From Armatimonadota bacterium (GTDB lineage: Bacteria; Armatimonadota; UBA5829; DTLH01): a stretch of 38,437 bases of DNA. The stretch spans positions 1 through 38,437 of the forward strand of contig JBDKUN010000027.1 in assembly GCA_039679675.1 (NCBI GenBank). Direction: 5' to 3'. This document shows positions 35,791 through 38,437 of the stretch, piece after piece. The translations under genes and the position numbers were made by a program. The notes under the pieces were generated by a model. That model was not told where the DNA came from. It saw only the letters and a program-made list of their open reading frames with translations, and ran no database searches. How positions within the stretch are numbered: the stretch's first letter is position 1; each line of letters starts with the position of its first letter.

Positions 35791-38094
35791 ATGAGAGAGC
35801 GAGACCATTTAGGCTCAAATTGGCTGTTTTTCAAGGGTGATGCAGCGGATGCTGACCGCTACGCTTTTGATGATCAAGAGTGGCAGAAGGTCAATGTACC
35901 CCACGATTTTTCGATTGAAGGACCTTTCGATAAGAACAACATAATGTGGGCAGGATATTTACCCAAGGGAATAGCCTGGTACCGCAAGTACATTGAATTT
36001 GATAATTATCAACCTGGGAAAAAGTATTTTATCGAATTTGAAGGCGTATTCCGCAATAGTTCTGTTTGGGTAAATGGAGAACTGCTGCAAACGCACCGAT
36101 ATGGCTACACTGGATTCATCTGCGACCTTACACCGTATTTATACGCAGATAAACCGAATGTACTTGCAGTAAAAGTCGATAATCCTGACACTTTCAACGA
36201 AAGTTCCGATGACCGTGAAGGCTGGTGGTATGAGGGGTGTGGTATCTTTAGAAATGTATGGCTCATATCGACAGGCCTTCTTCATGTGGCGAAATGGGGC
36301 ACTTTTGTTACTACCCCAAGTATTTCCGAATCAGAAGCCACAGTAAATATTAAAACAACGCTTCAAAACGATGCTGAACACGGGCAGCAGTACACTCTTG
36401 AGACCGATATTGCCGATTCCGAAGGGAATATCATAACCACTCTTAAGAACAATGGTTCCATTCCTTCAGGCGGATCAGAAGATATTGTTCAAATAGCTGC
36501 AATAGCAAATCCCAATCTGTGGTCGCCTGATTCTCCTTACTTGTATAATGCAAACACAAAAGTGATAGTCGATGGTGAAATATCGGATACCTACCGCACG
36601 CCTTTCGGTATTCGCTGGTATGAATTCACATCAGACAAAGGCTTTTTCCTGAATGGAAAACATATGCAGCTGAGGGGAATGTGTATCCACCACGACTTCG
36701 GTGGACTGGGAGTAGCACTACCGGACCGAGCCAACTATAAGACAGTCGAAGTAATGAAAGAAATGGGCTGCAACCTCCTCAGATCATCGCACAATGACGC
36801 ATCCCCATCGCTTATGGATGCATGTGATCAATTAGGGTTATTGGTCTGGGCGGAGACCCGCTATCTTGATGAAGCAGAAGTCTCACTTCCTCCGCTGCGT
36901 GACCTGATCCATCGCAACCGCAACCACCCCAGTATTATCTGCTGGAGCCTTGCGAATACTGCGGGAAGCGCAGATGGAAAACTCACTGAATACCTGAAAG
37001 TTATGAATGATGTTGCTCACGAAGAAGATCCTACTCGCCTAACTGCGTTTGGATGTGAAGCCAACACCGACGCAAACGCCAACGGATTTGCTTTTGTTAC
37101 TAGCATAATGGGATATAACGGCGGTGGAATGGGAATAGACGACCGAGACCATGAGCTTTATCCTGAACGCAAGATGTTGATTAGTGAATTCTCTTCGGGC
37201 CGCGGCGCGCGCGGAATCTATGAAGAAATAGAATCTAATATAGACTCCACAGCGATCCTTGGCGATGGAAGAATTCTTGCTCTTAAAGGGCAGTACTGCA
37301 GCATATATGATCTCTGCACACAATTTGAGCTTGAGTGGTCTCACATTGTAAAGAGACCCTGGCTCGCAGGCGGAGCAATGTGGTCTGGAATCGAATATTG
37401 GGGTGAAACATCAGGCTGGCCGGTAGTTACCAGTCAATTCGGAGTGCTGGATTTGTGCCGCTTCCCAAAAGATACCTACTACTATTTCCTTCAGGAGTGG
37501 ACTGATAAGCCGATGGTTCATATATTCCCCCATTGGAACTGGGCCGGAAAAGAAGGCAGCATCATTAAAGTGTGGTGCTACAGCAACTGCGATAGTGTAG
37601 AGCTATTCCTGAACGGTGAATCGCTTGGAAGCAACCCCAGGAATCCGCTTGGTCATATTGAATGGGAAGTCCCATATAACCCCGGAGCAATAAGGGCGCA
37701 AGGAACCGTAAATGGCGCAGTTGTGTGCAGCCATGAGATAAAAACCACAGGTTGTGCAGCCAAGATCGAGCTATCCGCAGATCGAACTGTGCTCAAAGCT
37801 GATAATCGTGACTTGTCTTTTATAACTGTCAGCATAACAGATAAGGATGGTAGCTTCGTTCCGACGGCATGCGACAAGATTAATGTTAAAGTCAGCGGAA
37901 GTGGAAGATTGATCGGACTTGGTTCCGGTGATCCACGAAGTCATGAAAATCCAAAACATAGCAGTATGAAAGCATTTAATGGATTACTATTAGCTGTAGT
38001 TCAAAACAATGGCCAACCAGGAGAGATAGTTGTCAGTGTTTCGTCTGAACAATTGGAATCTCGTTTGATGGTGCTATCTGCAGCATCCGGATAA
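35791..38094 (+). CDS. Glycoside hydrolase family 2 (beta-galactosidase-like) with non-canonical acid/base position
   Basis: 'VNVPHDFSIEGPF', 'WYRK', 'FEGVF', 'WYEGCGIFRNVWL', 'GFFLNG', 'HHDFGGLG', 'RNHPSII.WS', 'ISEF', 'PHWNW', 'YSNCDSVELFLNG'. ATG 35791 has a GGAGA RBS. Confidence 0.9.
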   Translation: MRERDHLGSNWLFFKGDAADADRYAFDDQEWQKVNVPHDFSIEGPFDKNNIMWAGYLPKGIAWYRKYIEFDNYQPGKKYFIEFEGVFRNSSVWVNGELLQTHRYGYTGFICDLTPYLYADKPNVLAVKVDNPDTFNESSDDREGWWYEGCGIFRNVWLISTGLLHVAKWGTFVTTPSISESEATVNIKTTLQNDAEHGQQYTLETDIADSEGNIITTLKNNGSIPSGGSEDIVQIAAIANPNLWSPDSPYLYNANTKVIVDGEISDTYRTPFGIRWYEFTSDKGFFLNGKHMQLRGMCIHHDFGGLGVALPDRANYKTVEVMKEMGCNLLRSSHNDASPSLMDACDQLGLLVWAETRYLDEAEVSLPPLRDLIHRNRNHPSIICWSLANTAGSADGKLTEYLKVMNDVAHEEDPTRLTAFGCEANTDANANGFAFVTSIMGYNGGGMGIDDRDHELYPERKMLISEFSSGRGARGIYEEIESNIDSTAILGDGRILALKGQYCSIYDLCTQFELEWSHIVKRPWLAGGAMWSGIEYWGETSGWPVVTSQFGVLDLCRFPKDTYYYFLQEWTDKPMVHIFPHWNWAGKEGSIIKVWCYSNCDSVELFLNGESLGSNPRNPLGHIEWEVPYNPGAIRAQGTVNGAVVCSHEIKTTGCAAKIELSADRTVLKADNRDLSFITVSITDKDGSFVPTACDKINVKVSGSGRLIGLGSGDPRSHENPKHSSMKAFNGLLLAVVQNNGQPGEIVVSVSSEQLESRLMVLSAASG

Positions 38095-38227
38095 GTAAAG
38101 TGAAAGCCTTTAGGAGAGAGTTTGCCTCGAAGTCTGGTTAATTTTGACAGCAAGCAGGCATAATAATGCGTGTCTGTGTTACGCATTTGTACAGTGATCA
38201 ATCTGCGGATGTTGATCAGGAGATGGT

Positions 38228-38437
38228 ATGGATATACTCAGGTTTTTGGAGGGCTTCTTGATAGGGGTAGCGATAAGAGCAGGGGTTTATGCTATGGTTC
38301 GTATGAAATGCAGTGATGACGACTTCGTCAACGAATTTTTTGGCTTAATCATTGGTGGAGGAGTAGGATCTCTCTTGGTATATATTTACTTTGAGCTGAT
38401 ACTGGGGCTCAGAAATGCTCCACCAAGCATTATTCCC
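38228..38437 (+). CDS. Hypothetical membrane protein, truncated by the window edge
   Basis: AGGAG RBS (38218-38222), ATG 38228, 70 open codons 'MDILRFLEGFLIGVAIRAGVYAMV...FFGLIIGGGVGSLLVYIYFELIL...' with two hydrophobic segments. Confidence 0.6.
   Translation, partial: MDILRFLEGFLIGVAIRAGVYAMVRMKCSDDDFVNEFFGLIIGGGVGSLLVYIYFELILGLRNAPPSIIP

Overview
Bacterial chromosomal window of mostly housekeeping and envelope genes. Gene content and style suggest an Armatimonadota-like lineage (inference, not verifiable here). Left to right: the left end of a probable IS200/IS605 element running off the window edge; a GT-C (PMT/ArnT-like) glycosyltransferase; a full-length PEP-synthase/rifampin-phosphotransferase-like protein lacking its catalytic residues; a rhomboid-TPR protease; namZ; a minus-strand operon (ROK kinase, folK, two tandem PilC/GspF paralogs, J-domain/TPR membrane protein, panB); a plus-strand cluster (DUF1015, GH125-like glycosidase, PatA-like aminotransferase, small membrane protein, long GlmL/MutL-family ASKHA ATPase and an uncharacterised barrel-sandwich/swivel/KOW partner); a lower-GC islet with a secreted beta-propeller-like protein; a NAGPA-family phosphodiester glycosidase; a ClC-RCK_C antiporter; a STAS-HATPase fusion with a sensor PP2C phosphatase; cinA-thpR-recA-recX-rny; and a lower-GC GH2 whose acid/base Glu is replaced by Thr. 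The best candidate for an undescribed system is the GlmL-like ATPase plus partner, which has no B12 mutase nearby. Also notable are several intact ORFs with swapped catalytic residues and several structured intergenic elements (recA-recX multi-hairpin element, rny leader, dispersed 7-nt repeats). No rRNA, tRNA or CRISPR array was seen. All family calls are by-eye motif recognition, not database searches.
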